From the IMG/VR virus record IMGVR_UViG_3300031520_000001, positions 1,415 through 65,414 of that record: DNA of 64,000 nt. One strand, written 5' to 3'. Shown here piece after piece: positions 44,539 to 53,738 of this stretch (the stretch's first letter is position 1; each line of letters starts with the position of its first letter). Below the pieces are notes generated by a model. That model was not told the DNA's origin, searched no databases, and saw nothing but the letters and a program-made list of their open reading frames with translations. This stretch comes from a virus. The translations under genes and the position numbers were made by a program.

Positions 44539-46059
44539 ATGAATAATAAATGGTTCGCACTCGTGCTCGTTGCAATGATCTCTTTGTCATTGCTGCTCAT
44601 CGGCTTCATGGCGGTTTTGTTCGTTCCCTGGTTCGCTCCAACACGGCACGATATCGCTGCATACTGGATAGCTACTCGATTCTGGTATCTTGGTATTGTG
44701 TTGGTGCTCATTGTACCGTTTGCACTTCCTTACATGTGGAAAGCGTGGAAAGCGTGGCACTTCCATAGCCACGAAAAGAGCCTGAGCCGTGCAACACGCA
44801 CTCTTGTGCTCGAAACCACCTCACTGATCGCGTCGGCGCGTGAGAACAGGGATAATGTTGATGTAGCGTTTAGTGACCGCATGACGCCAACGAGCGTGAA
44901 GGTGATTACATCGGTTATGGCTGCACAGAGACGGTCTGTACAAGAGGTTGCGCCACAACCTGACACGAAAGAGCTTCCCGCTCCGGCGCAACCGCCGTTT
45001 CCTACCTCCGTGAACTATACTGATATTCGTGCGCAAATTCCGCACGGTCATATTCTGGTTGGTATCGGACGCTTAGGTGTCGAGACAAAGAACGCGATTG
45101 TGGGTGCGTGTCTCTGGATCGTCGGTTTGTCAGGCACAGGCAAGACATCGACAACGGTGCTTCGTGTGGAGGAACGCGCAAGCGATGGACATTACTTCTT
45201 AGGCGTTGACCCACATTGGTTTAAGCCTGAAAGCCTCTATCACGCCATTTATCAATCGGAAGAAGGTCAGCCACTTGCCTATGCGCCGCGCTTCTTGAAG
45301 CCAATGGCGAAAACAGCAGAGGAAATGAAACAGATATTGACCATGTTTCTCAATGAGTTCAACGGACGCAAGGGTAGTACGATTGCGAAACCCTGGAAGA
45401 AAATCACGCTCTTAGTGGATGAAGTCGACGCATTGATGGACCCGACGGCCAAAGAGGGAAAAGAGATTGCGGATATGTTGCCTAGTATCGCTCGTATCTG
45501 TGGACAAGAGGCAAGAAATTTTAATATGGGCGGCATCTTCATTTCTCAGCAAGCTACAGGACTCGCATGGCTCCGCAAAATGGCTCTCATGATTATTGTG
45601 CATCAGTTGTTGATGGAGAGTGAAAAGAAGTTGGCTCTGAACGGCGATACTGAGGCTATAGAAGATATGAAGTCGTGGCCCATCGGCCGGACGTATGTCT
45701 ATGGGGTCGGTTTTACAGAAGGTCCGCGCACGGTTCAACAGCCGTACTTCTCAGCAGTTCCACGAATTGTTGACGCTGTACCCCCATCTCAGATGGAAGA
45801 TTTACAACCAAAGCAGTCTTCCGTGGAAGATATGGGAAGACAATGGGAAGCTGCTCAGGAAGCCGTTGGAAGAGATACTGATAAACAGGTCGTCCCCAAC
45901 TCCTTTGAGCTAAAAAAATTATTGAGTGAGATCGGGAAGATGAAAGCGAATGGAGCCTCGAATGACGCTATTCTCAGGCAGTACGGTGTCACACCTGGAG
46001 GCCGAAACAATCAAAACCTGAAAGCATTGACCGAAATTATCAGTGAAAGTGAAGCGTAA
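44539..46059 (+). CDS. membrane-anchored FtsK/TraB-like ATPase
   Basis: Two N-terminal TM helices, GLSGTGKT Walker A, LLVDEVD Walker B, AR......FISQ, short C-terminal helical domain. Confidence 0.7.
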   Translation: MNNKWFALVLVAMISLSLLLIGFMAVLFVPWFAPTRHDIAAYWIATRFWYLGIVLVLIVPFALPYMWKAWKAWHFHSHEKSLSRATRTLVLETTSLIASARENRDNVDVAFSDRMTPTSVKVITSVMAAQRRSVQEVAPQPDTKELPAPAQPPFPTSVNYTDIRAQIPHGHILVGIGRLGVETKNAIVGACLWIVGLSGTGKTSTTVLRVEERASDGHYFLGVDPHWFKPESLYHAIYQSEEGQPLAYAPRFLKPMAKTAEEMKQILTMFLNEFNGRKGSTIAKPWKKITLLVDEVDALMDPTAKEGKEIADMLPSIARICGQEARNFNMGGIFISQQATGLAWLRKMALMIIVHQLLMESEKKLALNGDTEAIEDMKSWPIGRTYVYGVGFTEGPRTVQQPYFSAVPRIVDAVPPSQMEDLQPKQSSVEDMGRQWEAAQEAVGRDTDKQVVPNSFELKKLLSEIGKMKANGASNDAILRQYGVTPGGRNNQNLKALTEIISESEA

Positions 46060-46222
46060 CCGTGTTCCAATACCTCCTCTACGGCTTTGCCGCGCTTGGC
46101 GTTATTCTCACGATCACGCGCCTTTTGCATTACCACTCCTGTCCGTGTGGCTATAGAACATGGTCGTGCGACAAATTCATTGCCCACATTTCGATGAAAC
46201 ACGAAAAGAGAAAGAGGTAGTC

Positions 46223-47452
46223 ATGTCAATGGCAGAGAAAAGTTTCAACGTCATTATTCGTAGTGTGTTTGTGTTTGCGTTTGGCGCATTTTTGTGGGCG
46301 TCTGTGCATCACATCGCAACCTTTTTCCACAACTTTGAACCCGATAGCGTTGACTGGACCGGTTCGTATTGGCTTGCCTATAGCGTCGATGGTACTGCGC
46401 TCATGCTGACTATCGGCATGATGTTTTTTAGTAATAATAAGCCGCTCCACATCAAGGCGTTTGTATGGCTGTTTATCATCGCATTAACGGGTTTTTCGTG
46501 GGCAGTGAACTGGGAGTATGCAAAGCGTTTTCAGTCAACAGACCTCACGCACGATACGTTTTTGCTTTGGCTTAATCCTATCCTTGCATCGTCTTTTGCG
46601 TTCCTGAATTTGGCCTATAGTATCGTTGCTGAATTATTCGGCGCGGAGGTAAAAACCGTCGCACAATTACAGGCAGAAATCAACGCAATCGACGCCCGTT
46701 CCAATTTGGAAAAAGAGTTAAAAAAGCGACAAGGGCCAAGCTTTATTCAGCAAGCAAAGGAGAAGGTGATCGAGGCAAAAAAAGCGGTGCAAGATGTGCT
46801 GAAAGATGAGACGGAAACCAACGAAAATAACGGAAAAAATACACCCATTTCTTTAGCGCGAACTGGCACGATTTCAACGCCTGAAAAACAGGCAGAAAAC
46901 GAGGTAAAAAATCAGCAGGAAACACCGACAAAAGTAGAACCTTTAACAGTGCCTTTACCGCGTGACGATAAGCTTGATATTACCGTTGATTTTCTTCTTG
47001 AGTACCCCGATGCAACCGACGAAGAATTAGCGAGTTTCTTAGACCTTCAACGCCCTGCTAGTGCGCGTTTCTGGCGATTGAAAGCGCGGGAAATTGTAGC
47101 AGAAACACGCCGTATTGCCGATCAACAGAATGAGCAGGGAGCAAATACACCTTCACAAAAACAAGTGGAAAGCGACCCCGAAATACACGCTATTCCTGAG
47201 CCGAAAATCACGCAAGAATACACGTTAGAAACGCCTCTTAGAAATGCGCCTTCTTCACAACAAAAGAAGGCGCATACTCGCTACACAATTTCCGAAGCCG
47301 CCAAGCTTGAAGTATGCATAAAAAAAGGTCTGACAAGTGCGGATATTCGAGGGGCAATTAAGGCGGGTAAATTAGAGACAAAATCAGACGGTAAACTGAG
47401 TAAAACGGCGGTTGAGATATGGGCAAAAACAGTGCAAAAAGTAACCGCATAA
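46223..47452 (+). CDS. Spd/DUF2637-like multi-pass membrane protein with coiled coil and HTH-like segments
   Basis: About 4 TM helices with S..HI...W.A..VDG..L pattern; P.AT.EELA and TISEAAK segments. Confidence 0.6.
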   Translation: MSMAEKSFNVIIRSVFVFAFGAFLWASVHHIATFFHNFEPDSVDWTGSYWLAYSVDGTALMLTIGMMFFSNNKPLHIKAFVWLFIIALTGFSWAVNWEYAKRFQSTDLTHDTFLLWLNPILASSFAFLNLAYSIVAELFGAEVKTVAQLQAEINAIDARSNLEKELKKRQGPSFIQQAKEKVIEAKKAVQDVLKDETETNENNGKNTPISLARTGTISTPEKQAENEVKNQQETPTKVEPLTVPLPRDDKLDITVDFLLEYPDATDEELASFLDLQRPASARFWRLKAREIVAETRRIADQQNEQGANTPSQKQVESDPEIHAIPEPKITQEYTLETPLRNAPSSQQKKAHTRYTISEAAKLEVCIKKGLTSADIRGAIKAGKLETKSDGKLSKTAVEIWAKTVQKVTA

Positions 47453-47470
47453 CAGCAAAGAAAGTGAGCA

Positions 47471-47752
47471 ATGAACATGACCTATGTGTTTCTCGGCTTA
47501 GGTGTTGTGTTGCTCCTCTTGCCACGAGCACAAGCTGTACAGACGAATGACCATCAGCAGGGCGCGACATGCAGCGTGCGTAGCTGGGATGAGGATTATA
47601 GTTACCTGTACTATATCAATCGTAAGGGTGTGCTGACGTATGATAGTGAGTTTTGCAGGGGCTGTATCGAGAATGAGGCCGATAAGTTACAGCGTCAAGG
47701 TTTCACCGTAACCGAAGTGGTGCTCGGCACCAAGTATTCAGGCGATTTATAG
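47471..47752 (+). CDS. secreted hypothetical protein
   Basis: Signal peptide MNMTYVFLGLGVVLLLLPRAQA. Confidence 0.55.
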   Translation: MNMTYVFLGLGVVLLLLPRAQAVQTNDHQQGATCSVRSWDEDYSYLYYINRKGVLTYDSEFCRGCIENEADKLQRQGFTVTEVVLGTKYSGDL

Positions 47753-47771
47753 CAAGGAAAGTGAGTGAAGT

Positions 47772-48074
47772 ATGAGCACATACCGGCACGATATCGGACA
47801 ATTGGAGAGGAGAGTACATCTCAGCAATGATGAAGTACAACTGCTGTATCATCTCCTGAAAGGCTCTCCTGTCACACTACAATCCGCTATGTCTCGTATG
47901 GACGCAAGCGAGGCCGCTGTACGCACTCTCGTAAAGAGTCTCAACACCAAATTGCAGCCACTCGGCTATCGTGTCAGTTCTGTGCTGGATACGGGGTACG
48001 TGTTGGAGGATACGACTGGGCCTCGCAGAGTGATACAGCACGGTGGGGGTGAGAACATGAGCCACTACGACTAA
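47772..48074 (+). CDS. OmpR/PhoB-type winged-helix domain protein (stand-alone)
   Basis: LS..EVQLL..LL...PV...AVRTLVKSL..KL...GY..E pattern. Confidence 0.6.
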   Translation: MSTYRHDIGQLERRVHLSNDEVQLLYHLLKGSPVTLQSAMSRMDASEAAVRTLVKSLNTKLQPLGYRVSSVLDTGYVLEDTTGPRRVIQHGGGENMSHYD

Positions 48075-48179
48075 GTGTCGTCCATTCCTGAACACATGCG
48101 ATGCAACCGAAGGCTACATCGCTTTTTGTTGCAGTAACAACGAGTTTTTGTGAGGTGTGAAAAGTGCCTCCTAAAAGGC

Positions 48180-48209
48180 TTGACAATTGTAGTCCAATGG
48201 ACTACAATA
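48180..48209 (+). promoter_or_regulatory. promoter with perfect palindromic operator, copy 1
   Basis: TTGACA-17-TACAAT containing ATTGTAGTCCA-A-TGGACTACAAT. Confidence 0.85.
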
Positions 48210-48257
48210 GACATGTACCAAGTGAGGACACACAAAAAGAAGAAAGCGAGAAACCTA

Positions 48258-48467
48258 ATGAGAAGTAAATGGACAAATGCCGGAAAATACGTGAGTCCGG
48301 CCGAGCGAGAGGCAGCACTAGAAGCAGATCGTATTGAGCAGGAAGAGTCTGCGGAGCTAAAAGCCGAGTCTCTCGCCTGTGAGTGGGAGAGTAGCGTCGG
48401 GCAGATCGCTATTTATGTTTTTGGTGGTCAGGAGCGCAAAGAGGCCATTGAAGCAAAATTGAAGTGA
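48258..48467 (+). CDS. hypothetical protein
   Basis: First ORF after operator-promoter copy 1. Confidence 0.55.
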   Translation: MRSKWTNAGKYVSPAEREAALEADRIEQEESAELKAESLACEWESSVGQIAIYVFGGQERKEAIEAKLK

Positions 48468-48513
48468 TGATCGTGGGGGCTGGTCGAGAGGCTAGCCCCA
48501 AAGGAGGAATATC

Positions 48514-48804
48514 ATGGCACAAGGATTAAGTGTTGAAGTCCTGTCGAAGGCTGTTGCCCTTATTCTTGCCCGAACGCAGGGCAAGACAAATGGGTGGTTC
48601 CGCGAATGGGCTGGCGATTATGTCATCCCCGCTCTTCTTGAGCAGGGTATCGATCAAAAAACAGCCATGCGTGTGCGTGCCGATGTCTATTATCTGGCAG
48701 CGAAAGTTCGCGGGATCGAGAGTTTCTCGTTGAACGTCGAGTTTGCGTTCAACAAAGAGCAACTCGATCAGGTGGTAGAGCAAATCAAGAACGGGTGGAA
48801 GTAG
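48514..48804 (+). CDS. hypothetical protein
   Basis: AGGAGG RBS with upstream stem-loop. Confidence 0.65.
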   Translation: MAQGLSVEVLSKAVALILARTQGKTNGWFREWAGDYVIPALLEQGIDQKTAMRVRADVYYLAAKVRGIESFSLNVEFAFNKEQLDQVVEQIKNGWK

Positions 48805-49496
48805 TGGAAGAGGAGGAGTATAAATATACAAGACGGCGTGTCAATTTCTATCTCAATGATGAGATAGAGAGTGGCTATCAGCATCTTCTGCAACTGCATG
48901 GCATCGAGCCATCAGTCGAGAACGTGCGTGCGTTGGCGCGGTACCATGCGCTCCAATGGCATAGCGTTACGCAACAGGAAGTGTCGGAGTGCTTCCCAAT
49001 AAGAGGTGTCATGCAGTATCAGAAGTCAATCAACGAGATACTGCGTCTCCGCAATGAGGTCAAGGCTATTCGAGAGCGCGAGTATCCCGACACCAAAAAA
49101 TATGACGAGCCAGTACGCGTGAAGTTGATGCGCGAGTCCGGCGAATTGCAAGAAGTCATACAGCATCTTGCCGAGGGCGTTGTCAATCCTGATACAGGCA
49201 AGCCTTACGACGCGACAGACGTACTGGGAGAGCTTGCCGATTGTGGGTACTATAATGCCCAGGATTATAGCGAGAACGGCGATGTACGCGACTTCTTAGC
49301 GGCACAAGAACTCTTTTGCAAGCGTGCGAGCGAGGCTCTCGGCTTCGTGGTGAGCGTGCAGGTCTCGCTCCTGCTCACGATTGCCAAATATACCTGTAGA
49401 GTCAAGCACGCTGGCCTCAAGCAGCGAGACCGCAAACGAGCTATCGCCTTAGAGCGTGATGCGCTCTCAGAAGTGATGGAATTACAAGGCAAATAA
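48795..49496 (+). CDS. protein with MazG-like nucleotide pyrophosphohydrolase motif
   Basis: KLMRESGELQEV...DVLGELADCGYY. Confidence 0.55.
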   Translation: MEVVEEEEYKYTRRRVNFYLNDEIESGYQHLLQLHGIEPSVENVRALARYHALQWHSVTQQEVSECFPIRGVMQYQKSINEILRLRNEVKAIREREYPDTKKYDEPVRVKLMRESGELQEVIQHLAEGVVNPDTGKPYDATDVLGELADCGYYNAQDYSENGDVRDFLAAQELFCKRASEALGFVVSVQVSLLLTIAKYTCRVKHAGLKQRDRKRAIALERDALSEVMELQGK

Positions 49497-49535
49497 CGAG
49501 TTTTTGCGAGTGTTCAAAAGTCATCCCAAAAACGC

Positions 49536-49565
49536 TTGACTATTGTAGTCCATTGGACTACAATA
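49536..49565 (+). promoter_or_regulatory. promoter with perfect palindromic operator, copy 2
   Basis: TTGACT-17-TACAAT containing TATTGTAGTCCA-T-TGGACTACAATA. Confidence 0.85.
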
Positions 49566-49618
49566 GAAACAAGAGATGAGCGAATGCCTCATCCGAGTAA
49601 AGCAAGAGGAGAAAACAA

Positions 49619-49957
49619 ATGGCAACCTTTATTAGCTTAGCGATTTCCGACACAATGTTCCCTGCCGAGGCAAGCCTTAGTAAGAGTGTCGCATCGCCTG
49701 ACATGGTACGTGAGGCGGTTGAGAATGGCGCGGTGAGTGCGCTCAATCCGAGCCATGCAAGCACCATTGATGTTATCCGCCGCAAGTTCAATCTTGAGCT
49801 GCCTATCCCTGAGCGCGCGCCGAAAGTAGCCTTGCAAAGTGGCGATGCGTTGATTGTTATTCAGGCGCAATTGCCTCGCCTGAATGAGGGCGAGACACAC
49901 AAGCCTGAGACCGTTGAGAACGCGGTAATTAAGTTCTCATTGTGGACTGTCAAGTAG
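49619..49957 (+). CDS. DUF1874 / AcrIII-1-like ring nuclease (putative anti-CRISPR)
   Basis: F.S.A.S..M N-terminus, SA...H.ST, V.L..GD.LIV.Q...RL.EG; 112 aa; GAGGAG RBS. Confidence 0.7.
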   Translation: MATFISLAISDTMFPAEASLSKSVASPDMVREAVENGAVSALNPSHASTIDVIRRKFNLELPIPERAPKVALQSGDALIVIQAQLPRLNEGETHKPETVENAVIKFSLWTVK

Positions 49958-50048
49958 TAGTTTTGTAGCGTTGTGAAGAGTGGCGGTGCATCATCCGCTC
50001 TAGAAAGAAAATCATGGAAAACACACAAGAAGCTCCTGGTTGATACAG

Positions 50049-50090
50049 CACAAAGCGCGAAGGTGAGAGGTTTCACCTTCGCGCTTTGTG
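50049..50090. terminator. 18-bp stem-loop between convergent early and late units
   Basis: cacaaagcgcgaaggtga/tcaccttcgcgctttgtg. Confidence 0.7.
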
Positions 50091-50158
50091 TTGCACTCAG
50101 ACTAGAGACCTACACACAGTCTATCATGCCGCTTCCTGCTTGTCACTCTCTCGAAATG

Positions 50159-50605
50159 TCATAGAGAACGAGGAAGCGTTCTCTTGCTCGCCTTCAACAC
50201 CTGTTGCATATCCGCAAGCGTCTCGTTTTGCTTGTGCAGGATTGCCAGGATATTTCGGTTCTCTGTTTCCTCTAATCGGTTGAGTTCGGTGTTTTTCTGT
50301 AGTTCTCTCTGCTGTAGTTCTCTCTGCTGTACTGCTCGCTGCTCCTCCATATGCGCCTTATTGCGCTCTGCTTGTCGGTTCTGCGAAATGAGGACGAAGA
50401 TGGAAAGATAGATTGCCTCAAGCGAGACGGAAAGCGTCAGAAAGTTGAACGGGAATGCATCGAAGCGTAGCCATTGTGGAGCGAGCGTGTTGATGCTCAA
50501 CCACACAATGAAGACGACGGTGTTGAGCAGGAGAAACTTGACCGAGCCAAAGAAGCTCGCTACTTTGTCTATCAATTCGTGTATTCTATGCTGCATGCTG
50601 TACAT
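50159..50605 (-). CDS. DUF1003 family membrane protein
   Basis: FFGS..F......W...N...FD.FPF..L....SLEAI.LS.FVLISQNRQ. Confidence 0.85.
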   Translation of the reverse strand: MYSMQHRIHELIDKVASFFGSVKFLLLNTVVFIVWLSINTLAPQWLRFDAFPFNFLTLSVSLEAIYLSIFVLISQNRQAERNKAHMEEQRAVQQRELQQRELQKNTELNRLEETENRNILAILHKQNETLADMQQVLKASKRTLPRSL

Positions 50606-51320
50606 CCTCTTTGAACGTGGCATAGAACGCTTGCTCTTCCACTGTCAAGTAATCCAGTGGCGCAACACGGCTCCACTCCGCATACTCAAGCCGTGCTGAG
50701 ACATTTGAGCCATGCCGAATGCAGATGTACCCAGGGTCTCTTACAGGCTCTAGCCGTGCCTGATGTGCTATCAGCGTTCGCAAGAAATGCACGTCCTCGC
50801 CTTGACTCGCATTCGGATAGGTCAGCCCACTTTTCCAATATCGCGCGTTGAACATCAGGGTCCCACATCGCACACCGAGCGGAAAGAGTTTCGCATGTAC
50901 AGCATCAGGACATGCCCACATTTCACCTGATGGTAAATCGTAGGCGCGTTCCATCTTCAACGCTGTGCAATCTGCTAAGCCGCTTAGGATTGGACGCGCT
51001 TGTATCGAGAGCCGATGTGAGCCGAATCTATCATCATCGTCAAGCAAGCAGAAGATATCCCCTCTTGCCAACGAGCATGCAATGTTGCGCTTGACTCCTA
51101 TCGACAATGGCCGTTTCGTAAACCGCTTGTCAATAAAAATGTATTCTACGCCTGGAATATCAGGAATGAGGTCAACAAGCGTATCCTGCGTATCGTCATT
51201 GACTAGGATCAACTCTCTGTTTGGATAGTCTTGCTTCATCCACATAGCTATTGCTCGCAGTAAAAAGTCTCGACGCGCACCCGTTGTTGGACAGATTGAT
51301 GATATCAAAGGGTAGTTCAT
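50586..51320 (-). CDS. family 2 glycosyltransferase
   Basis: ISSICPT...QDYP..ELILVNDD, G.KRN.A...ARGD....LDDDD, GED. Confidence 0.9.
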   Translation of the reverse strand: MNYPLISSICPTTGARRDFLLRAIAMWMKQDYPNRELILVNDDTQDTLVDLIPDIPGVEYIFIDKRFTKRPLSIGVKRNIACSLARGDIFCLLDDDDRFGSHRLSIQARPILSGLADCTALKMERAYDLPSGEMWACPDAVHAKLFPLGVRCGTLMFNARYWKSGLTYPNASQGEDVHFLRTLIAHQARLEPVRDPGYICIRHGSNVSARLEYAEWSRVAPLDYLTVEEQAFYATFKEDVQHAA

Positions 51321-51958
51321 GGTCGTTTCGACGCGCTCATCGGTTGCGTGTCGTCTGTCAATGCCGTTCCTGTTGGCGTGGGTTGTAAGAAGTCAGCGAG
51401 CGGATTGACGATAGACTGCACAACAGGACCGTTTGCACTCTCTGGTAATGCGATCGGGACGGATTGCGGCACTGATGGAAGTTCTACAGGTGCTACCGAT
51501 GCTGTTGGGGCAGGTTGTGTTGTTGTTACTTGCACAGGCTGTTGAGGCACTACGATAATTTGCGGTTGAGGCGTTGGCAGTTGTGACACGGCCTGTTGTA
51601 CCGCTTTCTGTACGGTGTCTTGCGTCTGTGCCTGTTGTTGAGCAAGTGCTGCTTGTACGTCAGGTTGTGCATTCAGTCGCTTCTCAAACTCCTGTACTTG
51701 TGCCGCTAATTGCTGTTCGCTGTCTTGCGTAGCTTGAATGACGATACGCGCATTGGACGGCCAGTACGCTTTTAACGCTAAACTGAAAATGGTGATGAAC
51801 GCGCCAACACCAATGGAGAGTGCGGTGCCAATATCAACATGACCTCCACGAAAGAGGTATTGCGCGACGGCTGTCGCTGCTCCTGCCATTGCGGAGAGGA
51901 CCATACTCAAGAATGCCTGTACCACAAGATTTTGGGACGTGGTTGCTGATTTCATCAT
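51317..51958 (-). CDS. putative holin with long P/Q-rich tail
   Basis: Two N-terminal TM helices; directly downstream of the endolysin. Confidence 0.55.
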   Translation of the reverse strand: MMKSATTSQNLVVQAFLSMVLSAMAGAATAVAQYLFRGGHVDIGTALSIGVGAFITIFSLALKAYWPSNARIVIQATQDSEQQLAAQVQEFEKRLNAQPDVQAALAQQQAQTQDTVQKAVQQAVSQLPTPQPQIIVVPQQPVQVTTTQPAPTASVAPVELPSVPQSVPIALPESANGPVVQSIVNPLADFLQPTPTGTALTDDTQPMSASKRP

Positions 51959-52938
51959 GCTGCTGACTCCTCGTGGATATGAGCAAGTGTTGCTCGTAAT
52001 TTCGCAAGTTCGGCTTGCGCTTGCGTGTCAGGTTTCGTGTTGACCTGCCTGGTGAGTGCGTCTATTTTCTGTTGAAGCTGAGGTATACGTGGATCTATTC
52101 CGCTTCCTTCGTACTTTTTCAGAATGAACACATCGCCTGAACCAGGAGGATTGTCTTCTTTGTGTCCTGATGAGCCATAGCCTAAGTCCATGCGTTCATA
52201 TCGTTGCATGATAGAGCCGTGTTCGTTTTTGTACTCATCAGACAACGGTAAACCGATGTAGGTCAGCCCGCAGAGTGCGCTATTGCCGAAGACACGGTAG
52301 AAGTCCAGAAACGCGTGTCCTACACGCTTGCCTGTTTGTTTGCATTTCCACATGTCGCCATCCTGTACAAAGTAGTTGGCAACTTGCGGATTACTCAGAC
52401 TAATCACAAGTATTTCCTCCTGTTGTGGTGGGTGTGCAAGAGCAAAGAGTTCTTGCCAGGGATAGGGGCCAGGACACATTTTACGGTTCACAGGTTCTAA
52501 ACTTGAGTGGGGCGCGATTCCGCCGTGCTCGTTTGCGGCTTGGAGTGGGATATTCCACCGTTTGCAGAGGGATTGGATAAGGTAGAATGACGCTGCTTTC
52601 TGCGCCTCAGTCAAGTTCTCCTGATTGCCCTCTGCTTTGCTGTGCTCAATCGAGATGGTAACAAGATTAGGATTGCATCCTATCGTGTCCCAAAATGCGG
52701 CATGGCCTGGCTCAAGCGGTCCATTGCCGTAAGCTGCATCAAGCTCATCGACGCAGTTGATGATCGTTCCATCTTTTTCAATCACATAGTTCGTCGAGAC
52801 TTGTGCTTGCGGATTTTGGAACCACGATGCTGCGCCCCCGCCTGACGTGCTATGTAAGACAATCCATCGAGGCGTGTGGCCTTCACGCCCGTTCCAATGG
52901 AACGGCGATTGCATCAGGACGCTTTTTTCATCTCTCAT
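51955..52938 (-). CDS. endolysin (N-acetylmuramoyl-L-alanine amidase, Amidase_2) with C-terminal binding region
   Basis: WIVLHST, VSTNYVI..DG, TISIEH, PHS...K.CPG. Confidence 0.9.
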   Translation of the reverse strand: MRDEKSVLMQSPFHWNGREGHTPRWIVLHSTSGGGAASWFQNPQAQVSTNYVIEKDGTIINCVDELDAAYGNGPLEPGHAAFWDTIGCNPNLVTISIEHSKAEGNQENLTEAQKAASFYLIQSLCKRWNIPLQAANEHGGIAPHSSLEPVNRKMCPGPYPWQELFALAHPPQQEEILVISLSNPQVANYFVQDGDMWKCKQTGKRVGHAFLDFYRVFGNSALCGLTYIGLPLSDEYKNEHGSIMQRYERMDLGYGSSGHKEDNPPGSGDVFILKKYEGSGIDPRIPQLQQKIDALTRQVNTKPDTQAQAELAKLRATLAHIHEESAA

Positions 52939-53056
52939 TGTTGGTTCTCTCCTCTCTTGTGTGTCGTTTGCTCACATCTGCTACTGCCAGAAAGAGACAG
53001 GTAAGCAGCAGCATACAGAGTGTAAGCAACAGCGTGGTTTGTAGTACGTCTTGCAT
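52928..53056 (-). CDS. small membrane peptide in the lysis cassette
   Basis: Manual translation MQDVLQTTLLLTLCMLLLTCLFLAVADVSKRH... Confidence 0.4.
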   Translation of the reverse strand: MQDVLQTTLLLTLCMLLLTCLFLAVADVSKRHTREERTNNER

Positions 53057-53060
53057 GGCG

Positions 53061-53738
53061 TTAGTCAGCATGTGTTCGTTCTTTCGTTGGAAATGGGGTC
53101 ACGTTGGCGGGTAGGTGTTCTTGCTGCTGTGCAAGCAAGGCGTTGAGTTCCTTGAGTGCAGGCCGTACCGCAAAGAGTGATCCGTAAGCCAGGACCGTGA
53201 GTGACAAGAGGAACGTAGCACCCTCTATCCACTGCACGCGTCTCACATACGCCTCTACGTCAGTGTTGAGAGTCGAGGACGCCTGGTCCATCGCGCTGAG
53301 ATACGGGGTGTCATGCGCAAGGATGATCAAGAGTTCGCGGTCAATATCGACTGCACTGGGACCGCTGTCCTTGTTCAGAATGACGCCAAAGGTGGTATCC
53401 AGGATGAGATAGTGCGGAATGGCTACCTGCACGCTCTCCTGTACCTGTGGATTGCTGCTGTAGGTTCCGGTATCTATCTGTGTTTGCATCTGCTGCCACT
53501 CTGTGTACACCGTATTGATGGCCTTGATAGAGTCCAGTCGATGTGCAGGGTCTAGCTTGATGTTTCTCGCATTGAGAGACAGAGAGAGTTCGCGGGTTGT
53601 CAGTCCTTTGGCGAGTGCGCTCGTGGCGCGAACGTCACGCTCATGGAAAAGTGTCGTCTGAATGATGCCGTGTGAAATTGCGAGAAGCAGGACAAGCATG
53701 AGGAGTGCAAGCCCGGAGTGGATGCGGAATGGTCTCAT
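53061..53738 (-). CDS. two-TM protein with PilJ/NarX-like extracytoplasmic helical sensor domain and no output domain
   Basis: TM - ~140 aa helical region (YL.AMD......V..YV..VQ..E) - TM ending VRPAL; similarity recognised by eye. Confidence 0.55.
   Translation of the reverse strand: MRPFRIHSGLALLMLVLLLAISHGIIQTTLFHERDVRATSALAKGLTTRELSLSLNARNIKLDPAHRLDSIKAINTVYTEWQQMQTQIDTGTYSSNPQVQESVQVAIPHYLILDTTFGVILNKDSGPSAVDIDRELLIILAHDTPYLSAMDQASSTLNTDVEAYVRRVQWIEGATFLLSLTVLAYGSLFAVRPALKELNALLAQQQEHLPANVTPFPTKERTHAD

Noticed and set aside
50297-50331. 15-bp tandem duplication in the DUF1003 gene (QQREL twice)
   Set aside because: Simple in-frame slippage in a coiled-coil tail with no sign of function
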